Notes under the pieces: generated by a model
What the model saw: only the letters and a program-made list of their open reading frames with translations
The model's database searches: none
Told to the model about the DNA's origin: nothing
Position numbers and translations under genes: made by a program
Shown here: piece after piece, positions 1-8,185 of the stretch
How positions within the stretch are numbered: position 1 is the stretch's first letter
Layout: the number at the start of each line of letters is the position of its first letter
IMG/VR virus record: IMGVR_UViG_3300047546_000864
Span: 51,898 to 71,897 of that record
Origin: an uncultured virus (IMG/VR IMGVR_UViG_3300047546_000864)
Taxonomy: Duplodnaviria > Heunggongvirae > Uroviricota > Caudoviricetes > Kyanoviridae
Strand: one strand, 5' to 3'
DNA: 20,000 bases

Positions 1-447
1 AGTTTACCAACAACTTATAATCTTCAGGTTGGTGCTAATCCAGATTCTGGATCAAATGGTGTTGGTATTAGTTCCTTAGGAAATCTAAGAGTAAGTGGTA
101 TTGTTACTGCTGCTACAGTTTCAGCAACAACGGTTTCAGCAACTACAGTTTCGGCAACAAACGTTAGCGTCAGTTCAACAATTACTGCGAATAATTTTGG
201 AAATGGATCTGGAGCTGTAAATGTAGCTGGTGTTACTGCAGTATCAATAGCTTCATCAACGTTATCTCTTACAGATGCACTTGATTTAAGTTCTATTACT
301 ACTTCGGCATTCTATCCACCAATCATGACAACTGCAGAAAGAGATACTTATACCTCAGGAGGAATTACAGCTGGAGCAGTCATTTATAACTCAAGTTTAA
401 ATAGACACCAGGGATATGATGGTACAAACTGGAATAGCTTCTGGTAA
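1..447 (+). CDS. 3' end of a phage structural/tail-fibre-like protein (partial, starts before window)
   Basis: Frame 1 is open from base 1 to TAA at 445-447. S/T/G/V-rich, with a triple TVSAT repeat (115-159) and C-terminus FYPPIMTTAERD...GAVIYNSSLNRHQGYDGTNWNSFW resembling cyanophage fibre C-termini. Confidence 0.7.
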   Translation, partial: SLPTTYNLQVGANPDSGSNGVGISSLGNLRVSGIVTAATVSATTVSATTVSATNVSVSSTITANNFGNGSGAVNVAGVTAVSIASSTLSLTDALDLSSITTSAFYPPIMTTAERDTYTSGGITAGAVIYNSSLNRHQGYDGTNWNSFW

Positions 448-450
448 CAC

Positions 451-479
451 TTGACTCATACTCATAATACTGCTAGACT
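451..479 (+). promoter_or_regulatory. sigma70-like promoter
   Basis: TTGACT-N17-TAGACT with TG extension, immediately after the fibre stop codon. Confidence 0.5.
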
Positions 480-518
480 ACCTTTGTCTGGGTTGAAGAT
501 GGGAGTCTGAGCTTCTAT

Positions 519-574
519 AGGACACTTTGAGAACCGCCCACTGGGTCGCACCAGGGGCGGTTTTCTGCTATAAT
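519..574 (+). promoter_or_regulatory. palindrome + stem-loop + extended -10 promoter element (copy 1)
   Basis: AGGACACTT-TGAG-AACCGCCCA; hairpin AACCGCCC...GGGCGGTT; TGCTATAAT at 566-574. Confidence 0.7.
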
Positions 575-587
575 AGTTTCATACGCG

Positions 588-1823
588 ATGGGACCTGTGA
601 TTCAACTCCGACCTCACCAGCAACGTGCCCTTGACGCCCTTGCTAAGTACCTGAAGGGTCAAGTGATTATCCCTACTGGTGGTGGTAAGACCCTTGTGGG
701 CATCTGTGATGCAATGCGTGAGTTTCTGAAAGAGACTCCTCAGACGATTGTAGTTGTTGCTCCCCGCATTCTGCTTGCCGAGCAACTGTCTTCTGAGTAT
801 CTTGAGTTTATCACCAATGCTCAGGTGCTGCACGTCCACAGTGGTGAAACGCATCACCAAAGCACGACTCGCCCGAATGAGATCCGTAACTGGGTCGATC
901 AAACTCGCGGCAACAAACTAATCTTTACCACCTACAACTCCCTGCAACGTCTTCAGCAGGCAGATATTCACGTCAACACCATTTACTTTGATGAAGCGCA
1001 CAATTCGGTTCAGCGTAACTTTTTTCCAGCAACCGAGCACTTTGCTGCTACTGCTGACCGCTGCTATTTCTTCACTGCTACTCCTAAGCATTCTGCTACT
1101 ATTTCCAAACCTGGGATGAACGATGGTGCTGTCTACGGGCAGGTCATCTGCAACGTTCCCGCTCCCGAACTGGTGGAGGGTGGTTTCATCGTTCCTCCTA
1201 AGGTTGTGGTGCAGCAGTTTGAGATGCTCTCTAAGGGTCAGATCGTTGCTGATGTTGACTGTGAGAACCTGATTCAGACTATTGATGCTCAGGAAGTGGG
1301 CAAGGTTCTTGTTTGCTCCAAGGCAACCAAACAGATTCAGAATCTGGTTTCCCAGACTGATTTCTGCAAGCAACTGGAGGATCGTGGTTTCTCTTGGATG
1401 TATATTACTTCTAAGACTGGTGCCGTGATTGATGGTCAGAAGGTTAACCGTGAGGTTTTCTTTGATACCCTGAGTGCCTGGGGTAAGGACAACGACAAGA
1501 AATTCGTTGTGCTTCACCACAGCATTCTCTCTGAGGGAATCAACGTTTCTGGTCTGGAAGCGGTGCTGTTTATGCGCTCTATGGACTACATCGGGATCTC
1601 TCAGACCATCGGGCGCGTGATCCGCCTGCACAAGGACGACGCAGAGGCGCTCAGGAGCGGCAGGATTGCCCCTGGTGCCCTTGGAGACTACACCAAGTCC
1701 TTTGGACTGGTCTGCATCCCTGTGTACTCTTCTGTGGGCATCAGCACCGCTAAAAAGGTGCAGGCGGTGGTGGACACCGTGTTCGAGCAGGGTCAGCCCG
1801 CCATCAGTGTTGTAAAACGCTGA
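588..1823 (+). CDS. Superfamily 2 DEAH-box helicase (ResIII-like), no nuclease domain evident
   Basis: Q-motif LRPHQ, Walker A PTGGGKT, DEAH, motif III TATP, motif V SEGINV, motif VI QTIGRVIR. Confidence 0.9.
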   Translation: MGPVIQLRPHQQRALDALAKYLKGQVIIPTGGGKTLVGICDAMREFLKETPQTIVVVAPRILLAEQLSSEYLEFITNAQVLHVHSGETHHQSTTRPNEIRNWVDQTRGNKLIFTTYNSLQRLQQADIHVNTIYFDEAHNSVQRNFFPATEHFAATADRCYFFTATPKHSATISKPGMNDGAVYGQVICNVPAPELVEGGFIVPPKVVVQQFEMLSKGQIVADVDCENLIQTIDAQEVGKVLVCSKATKQIQNLVSQTDFCKQLEDRGFSWMYITSKTGAVIDGQKVNREVFFDTLSAWGKDNDKKFVVLHHSILSEGINVSGLEAVLFMRSMDYIGISQTIGRVIRLHKDDAEALRSGRIAPGALGDYTKSFGLVCIPVYSSVGISTAKKVQAVVDTVFEQGQPAISVVKR

Positions 1824-1838
1824 GTTTTCTGCTACAAT
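1810..1838 (+). promoter_or_regulatory. sigma70-like promoter overlapping helicase stop
   Basis: TTGTAA-N17-TACAAT with TG extension; RBS AAGGAG at 1851-1856. Confidence 0.6.
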
Positions 1839-1863
1839 ATCCAAACACACAAGGAGAAATCCA

Positions 1864-2007
1864 ATGCGCTGCAAAGTCCAACTCTACGTCGCTGGTAAGG
1901 TCTTTTATGAGGAAGTGGAAGCACGGGACTATCAGGATGCTAGGAAAACTGCTCTCGCCCGCAATCCAAGTGCTAAGGTCATTTCTGTGAACGCTGTGAT
2001 GAAATGA
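1864..2007 (+). CDS. small cyanophage hypothetical protein (47 aa)
   Basis: MRCKVQLYVAGKVFYEEVEARDYQDARKTALARNPSAKVISVNAVMK; strong RBS; ATGA overlap with next gene. Confidence 0.8.
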   Translation: MRCKVQLYVAGKVFYEEVEARDYQDARKTALARNPSAKVISVNAVMK

Positions 2008-2237
2008 ACGTTCAAAACGAAGGTATTTTGAATGCAAAACCAGGCAATCCAAATGGTTATGTGACTAAAGATGGTATGTGGGCTGCTGTTCCGTTTGGTA
2101 AAAAGTTTATGATTCTTCACAACGGGCAGCAGGTTCATACTGCAAACAATTACAATTCTGCTAGGTCTTACATTGCAAAAGAGGTTAAATCCTCAAAGAA
2201 AAAGAAAACTGCTACCCTAGAGGCATTCATTCATTAA
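2004..2237 (+). CDS. hypothetical protein
   Basis: 77-aa ORF coupled by ATGA overlap. Confidence 0.8.
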   Translation: MNVQNEGILNAKPGNPNGYVTKDGMWAAVPFGKKFMILHNGQQVHTANNYNSARSYIAKEVKSSKKKKTATLEAFIH

Positions 2238-2282
2238 AAAATTATAAACACAGTTAAATAATAGAAGAATAGGAAAAAACCT

Positions 2283-2468
2283 ATGGTTGTTCTACTTGCA
2301 TCAACCATTATCTCCTGCAGCGATGCATTGAATATTATTCATCGCGTCACAAAAATTGTCGGATTGACCGAATCTCAAAAAACTGAGATTGTTCGGGAGA
2401 TTCGTAAAGTTATCCCCTCTTGCCCTGTTAGAGTAACCAAAGATGACCCAAGAAGACCAAGTAGATAA
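2283..2468 (+). CDS. hypothetical protein with hydrophobic N-terminus
   Basis: 61-aa ORF; AGGA upstream. Confidence 0.7.
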   Translation: MVVLLASTIISCSDALNIIHRVTKIVGLTESQKTEIVREIRKVIPSCPVRVTKDDPRRPSR

Positions 2469-2616
2469 GTGGAATCGTGGTTTGACCTTGTTTGAAGAGA
2501 GTGTATTGAAACCTGATGCTGAGCTTCGCAATTGTGCTCATAATCAGAAATGTTACAATGAACTCATGGCAGTGCGTGAGAATGTGCTAGAATACCTCAA
2601 AACTCTAAGACAATGA
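2443..2616 (+). CDS. hypothetical protein (57 aa)
   Basis: MTQEDQVDKWNRGLTLFEESVLKPDAELRNCAHNQKCYNELMAVRENVLEYLKTLRQ; ATGA overlap with next gene. Confidence 0.75.
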   Translation: MTQEDQVDKWNRGLTLFEESVLKPDAELRNCAHNQKCYNELMAVRENVLEYLKTLRQ

Positions 2617-2846
2617 GTGTATCATACATTTACTTTGTTATATTTTTTTGTATTGCTTACCTGATTATTACAGATCAATCAGTAGCGAGGGCATTTTATA
2701 TGCTGTCTCAACTTGCACAAGTTCAATACGAAAAAACAAAGTGGTGGATACTTCACAACCCTGCAAATCCAATTGTAAAGTATTTGATATGGCGTAGGTC
2801 TATGAAACTCGCAAAAGAGTTAATGGACGAATATCAAAATAAATAA
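2613..2846 (+). CDS. hypothetical membrane protein
   Basis: N-terminal hydrophobic helix YIYFVIFFCIAYLII. Confidence 0.75.
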   Translation: MSVSYIYFVIFFCIAYLIITDQSVARAFYMLSQLAQVQYEKTKWWILHNPANPIVKYLIWRRSMKLAKELMDEYQNK

Positions 2847-2866
2847 TCTTATATCTGGTAATACAT

Positions 2867-3181
2867 ATGCTCTCTACACAATATCGCCTGCGTCTTGAAG
2901 CAATCTGCGAAAAGATTGTAAAAGGTGAAGAGGTGAGTTTAGAAGATATGATTTGGGCAGAAAAACTTGCAAAATCAAACCGCTCTGCCGCCACAATACT
3001 CCGTCAGGCAAGGAGAAAAGCAGAAAATCCTGATATGGATGAGATGGATGACTTTCTCAACCAATTAGATCTTGGTGGAATGGGTCACGAAAGATTTGGT
3101 AAAAGATGTTTTGAAAGTGTAGATGATATGATAGACTGGTGGACAGAAGACAAACCAGATGATTGGAGACAGCGTGACTGA
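2867..3181 (+). CDS. cyanophage hypothetical protein
   Basis: 104-aa ORF MLSTQYRLRLEAIC...DWRQRD; late-promoter-like ATAAATA at 2839-2845. Confidence 0.8.
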   Translation: MLSTQYRLRLEAICEKIVKGEEVSLEDMIWAEKLAKSNRSAATILRQARRKAENPDMDEMDDFLNQLDLGGMGHERFGKRCFESVDDMIDWWTEDKPDDWRQRD

Positions 3182-3365
3182 AACATTCAAACAAACATCA
3201 GACAAACTGTATGACCGACATATCTACAAGTTGGTCTATAGTAATGGGCAAGAAGTGATTTACGATAACTATCAGGATGTGCAGGAGTCTTGGTGGAACA
3301 CTCCATCAGACTTTGTGAGTCATATTGAAGTTCTGGATAAAAAAGACAAAAAAGGATTTGGTTGA
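3174..3365 (+). CDS. hypothetical protein
   Basis: GTG start at 3174 with GGAG upstream (alternative start 3159). Confidence 0.7.
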   Translation: MTETFKQTSDKLYDRHIYKLVYSNGQEVIYDNYQDVQESWWNTPSDFVSHIEVLDKKDKKGFG

Positions 3366-3649
3366 TTATGAAAATCTTTCAAGTTGCAAAATGGGGTGTG
3401 AGAGAAGATTATGGTAAAGAGTGGTATCTAGCACTTTTTCTTACAGAACGATACTCACTTCTTCAGGTTGCAATTGATTATGGTGAGTATGGGAAGTGGA
3501 TTGAGTTTCCTTATCTTCAAATCTCTATGGGATATGGTAAGTTGTTCTCCTGCTTATTTTCTATTGGTAGGGTAGGTTTCACTTTTGATATTGCTGGTAG
3601 AAACTGGCGGGATGAATTGTTCTATGTCCAAAAAGATGAACTGGTTTGA
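3362..3649 (+). CDS. hypothetical protein
   Basis: ORF coupled to previous gene; ATG alternative at 3368. Confidence 0.7.
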   Translation: MIMKIFQVAKWGVREDYGKEWYLALFLTERYSLLQVAIDYGEYGKWIEFPYLQISMGYGKLFSCLFSIGRVGFTFDIAGRNWRDELFYVQKDELV

Positions 3650-3986
3650 GTATTACATTGGTCACTGCTTTCAAACAGGGTGGCGTGAGATGTGGAATAA
3701 TTTCAAGATGTGGAGAGACCTCATCAGTGGAAATTATGCAGATTATGCCCTACTTCCAACCGATGACCCTTATGAAGAATGTTATCAATGGTTCTGGACA
3801 AGTATCAACCTTGATGAGACTTATCCAAAAGAGTTTCTTGAACATCTGATGGAAATGTGTGATAGAATTGATAGAGGAGAAGAGAAACTCATTCCATTAG
3901 ATGAAGATTTCTTTGAACGAATAAAAGAACTCACTGATGGAATTGATGTGGATTTAGATGAAGAACTACCCGACGAGGACACTTGA
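3621..3986 (+). CDS. hypothetical acidic protein
   Basis: Part of ORF 3585..3986; start chosen at MSKKMNWFEYY (3636 also possible). Confidence 0.7.
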   Translation, partial: SMSKKMNWFEYYIGHCFQTGWREMWNNFKMWRDLISGNYADYALLPTDDPYEECYQWFWTSINLDETYPKEFLEHLMEMCDRIDRGEEKLIPLDEDFFERIKELTDGIDVDLDEELPDEDT

Positions 3987-4034
3987 AGAACCGTCACAAG
4001 GGCACTTGATTTCAGGTGCCCTTTCTGGTATTAT
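3976..4034 (+). promoter_or_regulatory. palindrome + stem-loop promoter element (copy 2)
   Basis: AGGACACTT-GAAG-AACCGTCAC; hairpin AAGGGCACTTGA-TT-TCAGGTGCCCTT containing TTGATT; N17; TATTAT at 4029-4034. Confidence 0.75.
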
Positions 4035-4055
4035 ACTCTCATAAGCAACAAACCA

Positions 4056-4463
4056 ATGACTTACAAGGCAAAACTTCGTGTGCATTTTGACGCTGAATGG
4101 ACTCCTACCTATGGTGGGTCTGGAATTTATGATGATGAAAGTCTTCCAGAAGAGCATTATACTTTTGAGATTTCTACCGAAGACATTAACAGCATTCAAT
4201 TGTTCCGTTTCTTTGGAACGATTGCTCGCACAATGGGTCATAGTGAGCAAGGTATTATGAAAGGTGCCTGTGCCCTTGCCTTCAATGATATGCGAAGTCC
4301 TGAAGAAATGCGTAAGGTTGCTGATGAATTTGACCTGACTGTGAATGAGGACTTGGAGAAAAAGTTTCAAGACTGGAAACAGCGTGATGAAGACTGGGCA
4401 CGATTGAAAAAGGGTCCGATGGGAACTGTCCTGACTGATGAGGAAGATGAAGAAACTACCTGA
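4056..4463 (+). CDS. hypothetical protein
   Basis: 135-aa ORF directly after promoter element. Confidence 0.8.
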   Translation: MTYKAKLRVHFDAEWTPTYGGSGIYDDESLPEEHYTFEISTEDINSIQLFRFFGTIARTMGHSEQGIMKGACALAFNDMRSPEEMRKVADEFDLTVNEDLEKKFQDWKQRDEDWARLKKGPMGTVLTDEEDEETT

Positions 4464-4608
4464 TAAAAGAGAACTTGATATTATGTGGGCAGTGGCGACC
4501 AGTACCAGTATTGAAACTGGTACAAGACCCCACTACGGGTTTGCCCAGATGCTGTATGATGAACTTATGGACATCAAACCTCCTGTGAATCTTGGAGAAC
4601 TAAAATGA
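4447..4608 (+). CDS. hypothetical protein (53 aa)
   Basis: MKKLPDKRELDIMWAVATSTSIETGTRPHYGFAQMLYDELMDIKPPVNLGELK; ATGA overlap with next gene. Confidence 0.6.
   Translation: MKKLPDKRELDIMWAVATSTSIETGTRPHYGFAQMLYDELMDIKPPVNLGELK
4502..4560 (+). promoter_or_regulatory. palindrome promoter element embedded in an ORF (copy 3)
   Basis: GTACCAGTA-TTGA-AACTGGTAC, 31-bp gap, TATGAT at 4555-4560. Confidence 0.65.
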
Positions 4609-4781
4609 ACTACCTTTGTTTTGTTGATGGTCTGCTAGAATTTGCTAGTTCAGACCCTTCTTCTTTCGCACACTACCAGTTAGTGTATGCCGAAGAGCAC
4701 AAGAATGCTGATGTTCAGTATCTTACTCTCACTGACGAAGAGTATGATGAAATGTTTCCTTATGAGGAGGATGAAGAGTGA
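4605..4781 (+). CDS. hypothetical acidic protein (58 aa)
   Basis: MNYLCFVDGLLEFASS...YEEDEE; GGAG RBS; GTGA overlap. Confidence 0.7.
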   Translation: MNYLCFVDGLLEFASSDPSSFAHYQLVYAEEHKNADVQYLTLTDEEYDEMFPYEEDEE

Positions 4782-5035
4782 GGTTTCGTGATGTAGAGTT
4801 CCGTTGGAGTGAATTCAACAAAAAGTATGAACTCGTAAAGTGGTATAAGGACAGCAACGACAAAGAGTTATGTTATGTTGTTGCTTTCTTTGATGAAACC
4901 AAAGAAGGTTATGATATGAGAACTGTTGGTGATAGATTCTTTGAGGATAAAGATGCTTGGTTTGTTGGAAAACACGCACTTGCATTTTTGAATGATATGT
5001 TTTATGAACTCCAAAGAGAAGAGGAACTGAAATGA
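4778..5035 (+). CDS. hypothetical protein
   Basis: 85-aa ORF with GAGGAGG upstream. Confidence 0.8.
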   Translation: MRFRDVEFRWSEFNKKYELVKWYKDSNDKELCYVVAFFDETKEGYDMRTVGDRFFEDKDAWFVGKHALAFLNDMFYELQREEELK

Positions 5036-5328
5036 CTTACCAACTCAATCCAGAAGCAAAAGCATTCTCATACACTCGTGAGGAACTCTTTGAGTGTATC
5101 ACTAAAATTGTAGCACATCCCCATAAGACCATCACAGAACACGACCAATCCCGTGCCCTTGCTATTATGGTAGTATTTGATGATTACTTCACCAATTACA
5201 CAGAAAGTGATAATAATGGTGGGTATTGTGTGTATGAACGGGATGCTACTGACCTCACTGATTTCGTAAGGTTCAAACTTGGTATTGATGATTATGATGG
5301 TGTTGATGTTGATGAGGTATTGAAATGA
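5032..5328 (+). CDS. hypothetical protein
   Basis: 98-aa ORF, ATGA coupling. Confidence 0.8.
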   Translation: MTYQLNPEAKAFSYTREELFECITKIVAHPHKTITEHDQSRALAIMVVFDDYFTNYTESDNNGGYCVYERDATDLTDFVRFKLGIDDYDGVDVDEVLK

Positions 5329-5525
5329 AACTTACAGCACACGAACTCGCAGTTATTATTGATACACTCAACCATTCTCTAACAGTATCAAACTGGAATG
5401 GATACTATACTGCTAAATCAAGGGAGAATGTAAGGAATGTGATTGCTGGGATTATGGGTAGTATGAGTGTAGAGGTCATCATAGACAAACCAAACTTCAC
5501 TATTGATGCCGACGCAGGTATTTGA
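5325..5525 (+). CDS. hypothetical protein
   Basis: 66-aa ORF, ATGA coupling. Confidence 0.75.
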   Translation: MKLTAHELAVIIDTLNHSLTVSNWNGYYTAKSRENVRNVIAGIMGSMSVEVIIDKPNFTIDADAGI

Positions 5526-5526
5526 A

Positions 5527-5751
5527 ATGACTAAAAACTACCGCATCAAAAAAGTAACAGACGGACACTCAACCAGATACTATCCACAACACAAAAGATT
5601 TGGATTGTTTTGGTATAATCTATTTGTAGACGAATATAGGGATGGTGATTATTCTACATTTGAAGAAGCACAGTGGCACCTTTGTAACTATTTGAGGAAA
5701 CCTGTGATTGAGTATTTGTCCTTTGATTGTGATTATGGAGAATCCCAGTGA
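5527..5751 (+). CDS. hypothetical protein
   Basis: MTKNYRIKKV... start just after previous stop. Confidence 0.75.
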   Translation: MTKNYRIKKVTDGHSTRYYPQHKRFGLFWYNLFVDEYRDGDYSTFEEAQWHLCNYLRKPVIEYLSFDCDYGESQ

Positions 5752-5966
5752 CTGATCTAAAGCTCTGTAAAGATTGTAAGTGGTATAAGAAAGATTGGTT
5801 TGAACATCTTACTGGTGGTGGAGACCGATTTGACTTATGCTTCAATCCAGTATTGAGTGAAAATCTGGTGACTGGAAAAGTCAAAGGTGGTCGTTTTTGT
5901 GATTTGATGAGACGAACTTATGGTAAATGTAGTGAAGAAGGTAAGTATTGGGAGGCACGGAAATAA
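5748..5966 (+). CDS. small Cys-rich hypothetical protein
   Basis: CKDCKW...C...C...C pattern, possible metal binding. Confidence 0.75.
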   Translation: MTDLKLCKDCKWYKKDWFEHLTGGGDRFDLCFNPVLSENLVTGKVKGGRFCDLMRRTYGKCSEEGKYWEARK

Positions 5967-6166
5967 TGAAAGTATATGATTACCGAATTGTAGAAGACCT
6001 CAATTTAAAAACTTTGAAACCTTATTTTTTTATTCAAAGATATAGTATTAAAGACCAAAAGTATTTTCTTTATTCAGATGCTATATTCCAAACACTTGAA
6101 GAAGCACAAGATGCAATACGACTACTGAGAAAATACAAAGAACCTTTATATCATTATGTGGAGTGA
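5966..6166 (+). CDS. hypothetical protein
   Basis: MKVYDYRIVE...; TAATG coupling. Confidence 0.75.
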   Translation: MKVYDYRIVEDLNLKTLKPYFFIQRYSIKDQKYFLYSDAIFQTLEEAQDAIRLLRKYKEPLYHYVE

Positions 6167-6172
6167 TTGAAA

Positions 6173-6340
6173 ATGATTGAAGTTGAAAAGCAGTATAAAC
6201 TCACACTCACAGAAGACCAAGCACGACAACTTTATGATCTTCTAAAATTAGAAAAAGATCGTGGTCATATGACTACTGACCACGACATTATATTGGTGTA
6301 TAATGAACTGAGAAAACTCTTTGATACTGGAATACGATGA
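6173..6340 (+). CDS. hypothetical protein (55 aa)
   Basis: MIEVEKQYKLTLTEDQARQLYDLLK...; GGAG upstream; ATGA overlap. Confidence 0.7.
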   Translation: MIEVEKQYKLTLTEDQARQLYDLLKLEKDRGHMTTDHDIILVYNELRKLFDTGIR

Positions 6341-6906
6341 TTGAACCACAAGGAACACTAAAAATAGGGACATCGGGGTATAAACTCAATCCAGAGAAAC
6401 TCAAAGGAGCATCTCAAAGTATTCTTCCTTATTTGCTTGGGTTTATTTACTTCAACAAAGATTATGAGCATTTTGATGTAATTAAACCATACTTGGATAT
6501 TCCAGAACCTCCTAAAACTCTGGATGAAATCCAACAAGAGTTTGATGAGAAGATTGGTGCTCAGATAGAGAAGTTCAAAATGTGCTCTAAATGGTCAAGA
6601 GAACATGCCGAGGAGAGATACAACCGAAAGTTTGATAGGATTTTTGAGAAATTTGAATACGCAAAGGAGCACGGACATTTTCCACCTGAACTAAAACTTG
6701 CTTATACAACAACTGGATTGACTGCTTATACTAGTCCTTATACTGAAACCTCTTTTGTAATCAAACAGGGAAATACTCATAAAGGTTATTATACGATTGG
6801 TAATCAACGATATTTCAGGTATTATATGCCTGATAAACCTAATCGTTTGGTGAGGTTCTTTATGAAAACTTGTTTGGGCTTTGTGTGGATTGATGAGGCA
6901 TTATGA
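6337..6906 (+). CDS. hypothetical protein
   Basis: 189-aa ORF coupled on both sides. Confidence 0.8.
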   Translation: MIEPQGTLKIGTSGYKLNPEKLKGASQSILPYLLGFIYFNKDYEHFDVIKPYLDIPEPPKTLDEIQQEFDEKIGAQIEKFKMCSKWSREHAEERYNRKFDRIFEKFEYAKEHGHFPPELKLAYTTTGLTAYTSPYTETSFVIKQGNTHKGYYTIGNQRYFRYYMPDKPNRLVRFFMKTCLGFVWIDEAL

Positions 6907-7199
6907 AAATCTACGCACTTTATTACAAAGACACTTTTGTTGTTGCTTTCCCCAATCGTGAGGATTGTGTGGAATATGGTAAGAAACATTATGATGGATG
7001 GGATTGCAACATTCTGGAACGATGGATTTATGAGACCAAACAATACTCATTCTCTCAACCACTTACTCAACCAATCGCAGTTCCTTATACTCCTCCAATT
7101 CCTTTGAAAACTACACCCCATGAACCCAATATTTGGTGTGATGTAAAAGCACCAAAGGAAACTTATAGCAGCAGTCCTTTTGCACCAGGAACAAAATGA
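6903..7199 (+). CDS. hypothetical protein with Pro-rich C-terminus
   Basis: 98-aa ORF, ATGA coupling. Confidence 0.75.
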   Translation: MKIYALYYKDTFVVAFPNREDCVEYGKKHYDGWDCNILERWIYETKQYSFSQPLTQPIAVPYTPPIPLKTTPHEPNIWCDVKAPKETYSSSPFAPGTK

Positions 7200-7429
7200 C
7201 TGACGAACAACCAACCACCGCAAAAGTATCCGAAGAAGACTTTGAAAAGGTTATGGATGCAGCAGCACGACAAGAACTCGCAAAGAAATCATTTGAAGAC
7301 CTCACCAGAGATGAAAGAATTAAACTTGCTCTGGAAGAAGTTGATTGGATTGTAATTGGTGGACAGGATGGTCAAGAGTTTTATGGTTCTATTCAGTTTA
7401 TTCGTAAAGTATTGAAGAGTTTCCGATGA
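7196..7429 (+). CDS. hypothetical protein
   Basis: 77-aa ORF, ATGA coupling. Confidence 0.75.
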   Translation: MTDEQPTTAKVSEEDFEKVMDAAARQELAKKSFEDLTRDERIKLALEEVDWIVIGGQDGQEFYGSIQFIRKVLKSFR

Positions 7430-7551
7430 ACACTTTAGACATTATCAAGTTTTTTGTTCCATATGCGGATAGAAACGACAAGGGAGAAGTCATTAGTTTG
7501 AATATTCCTTGGGGATTTTTTATTCTTGTAATTATTGCTTCTTTAATCTAA
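7426..7551 (+). CDS. small membrane protein (41 aa)
   Basis: MNTLDIIKFFVPYADRNDKGEVISLNIPWGFFILVIIASLI; coupled on both sides. Confidence 0.6.
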   Translation: MNTLDIIKFFVPYADRNDKGEVISLNIPWGFFILVIIASLI

Positions 7552-7913
7552 TGATTGATAAACACATAGATTATGTAAAAGTATCACAATACCTCAAAGA
7601 ATTTTATGAGTGTGATAGAATACTGATTGATTTTCTTGAACTTGAAGGAAAAATGGTAGTTCATAAACATTCTTTTCTTCCTGGTGGAAAAATAGGAGGA
7701 AAAACATCTTATGAAAAAGGTGTTGGATTTTTTGCTTTATCAACAGAAGAACTTTATAATATAAGAAAAAATGCTGGAAAACAAGGTTCAAAAATAACTA
7801 ATTCTCAAAAATGGATGTGTCTTGAAACTGGGTTTATAACTACATCAGGGGCACTTACACGATACCAACAAAAAAGAAATATAGATACTTCTAAAAGAAA
7901 AAGAATATCATAA
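7551..7913 (+). CDS. homing-endonuclease-related DNA-binding protein / HEG remnant
   Basis: AT-rich; GGKIGGK and TNSQKWMCLETGFITTSGALTRYQQKRNIDTSKRKRI resemble C-terminal modules of cyanophage homing endonucleases; no HNH or GIY-YIG motif visible. Confidence 0.6.
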   Translation: MIDKHIDYVKVSQYLKEFYECDRILIDFLELEGKMVVHKHSFLPGGKIGGKTSYEKGVGFFALSTEELYNIRKNAGKQGSKITNSQKWMCLETGFITTSGALTRYQQKRNIDTSKRKRIS

Positions 7914-7971
7914 AGACACTTTGAGAACTGGAATAAGGGCAGTTGATTTTGGATGCCCTTTCTGATATGAT
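7913..7971 (+). promoter_or_regulatory. palindrome + stem-loop promoter element (copy 4, near-duplicate of copy 2)
   Basis: AAGACACTT-TGAG-AACTGGAAT; AAGGGCA...TGCCCTT hairpin; TTGATT-N17-TATGAT. Confidence 0.75.
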
Positions 7972-7996
7972 ACTTTTATAAATTGAGAAAACTCTA

Positions 7997-8185
7997 ATGT
8001 CCCGAAAATGGACTGAAAACCCAGACGAAATCGTACTCCAAGACATTCAAATGTTTCACCTGGAAAGTATGAATGAACGCACACTTTGGATTGGTGTGTA
8101 TACTGAGGATGATAAAATCTATCACTTGAATATTTCTGCCGATGGTGATAAACTGCGTTACTATTGGAGTGATGAAACGCCGTGA
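7997..8185 (+). CDS. hypothetical protein
   Basis: 62-aa ORF following promoter. Confidence 0.8.
   Translation: MSRKWTENPDEIVLQDIQMFHLESMNERTLWIGVYTEDDKIYHLNISADGDKLRYYWSDETP

Noticed and set aside
115..159. 15-bp triple repeat as a regulatory or variable-region element
   Set aside because: Explained by the TVSAT peptide repeat with synonymous variation in a fibre-like protein.
918..1874. 318-aa minus-strand ORF, and other minus-strand ORFs (e.g. 9547-10041, 13885-14370, 15886-16368)
   Set aside because: Antisense shadows of well-supported + strand genes; no motifs or RBS; the whole region is + strand coded.
4411..4431. Half-site AACTGTCC (a similar case lies near 5381-5396)
   Set aside because: Left arm or spacer length is wrong.
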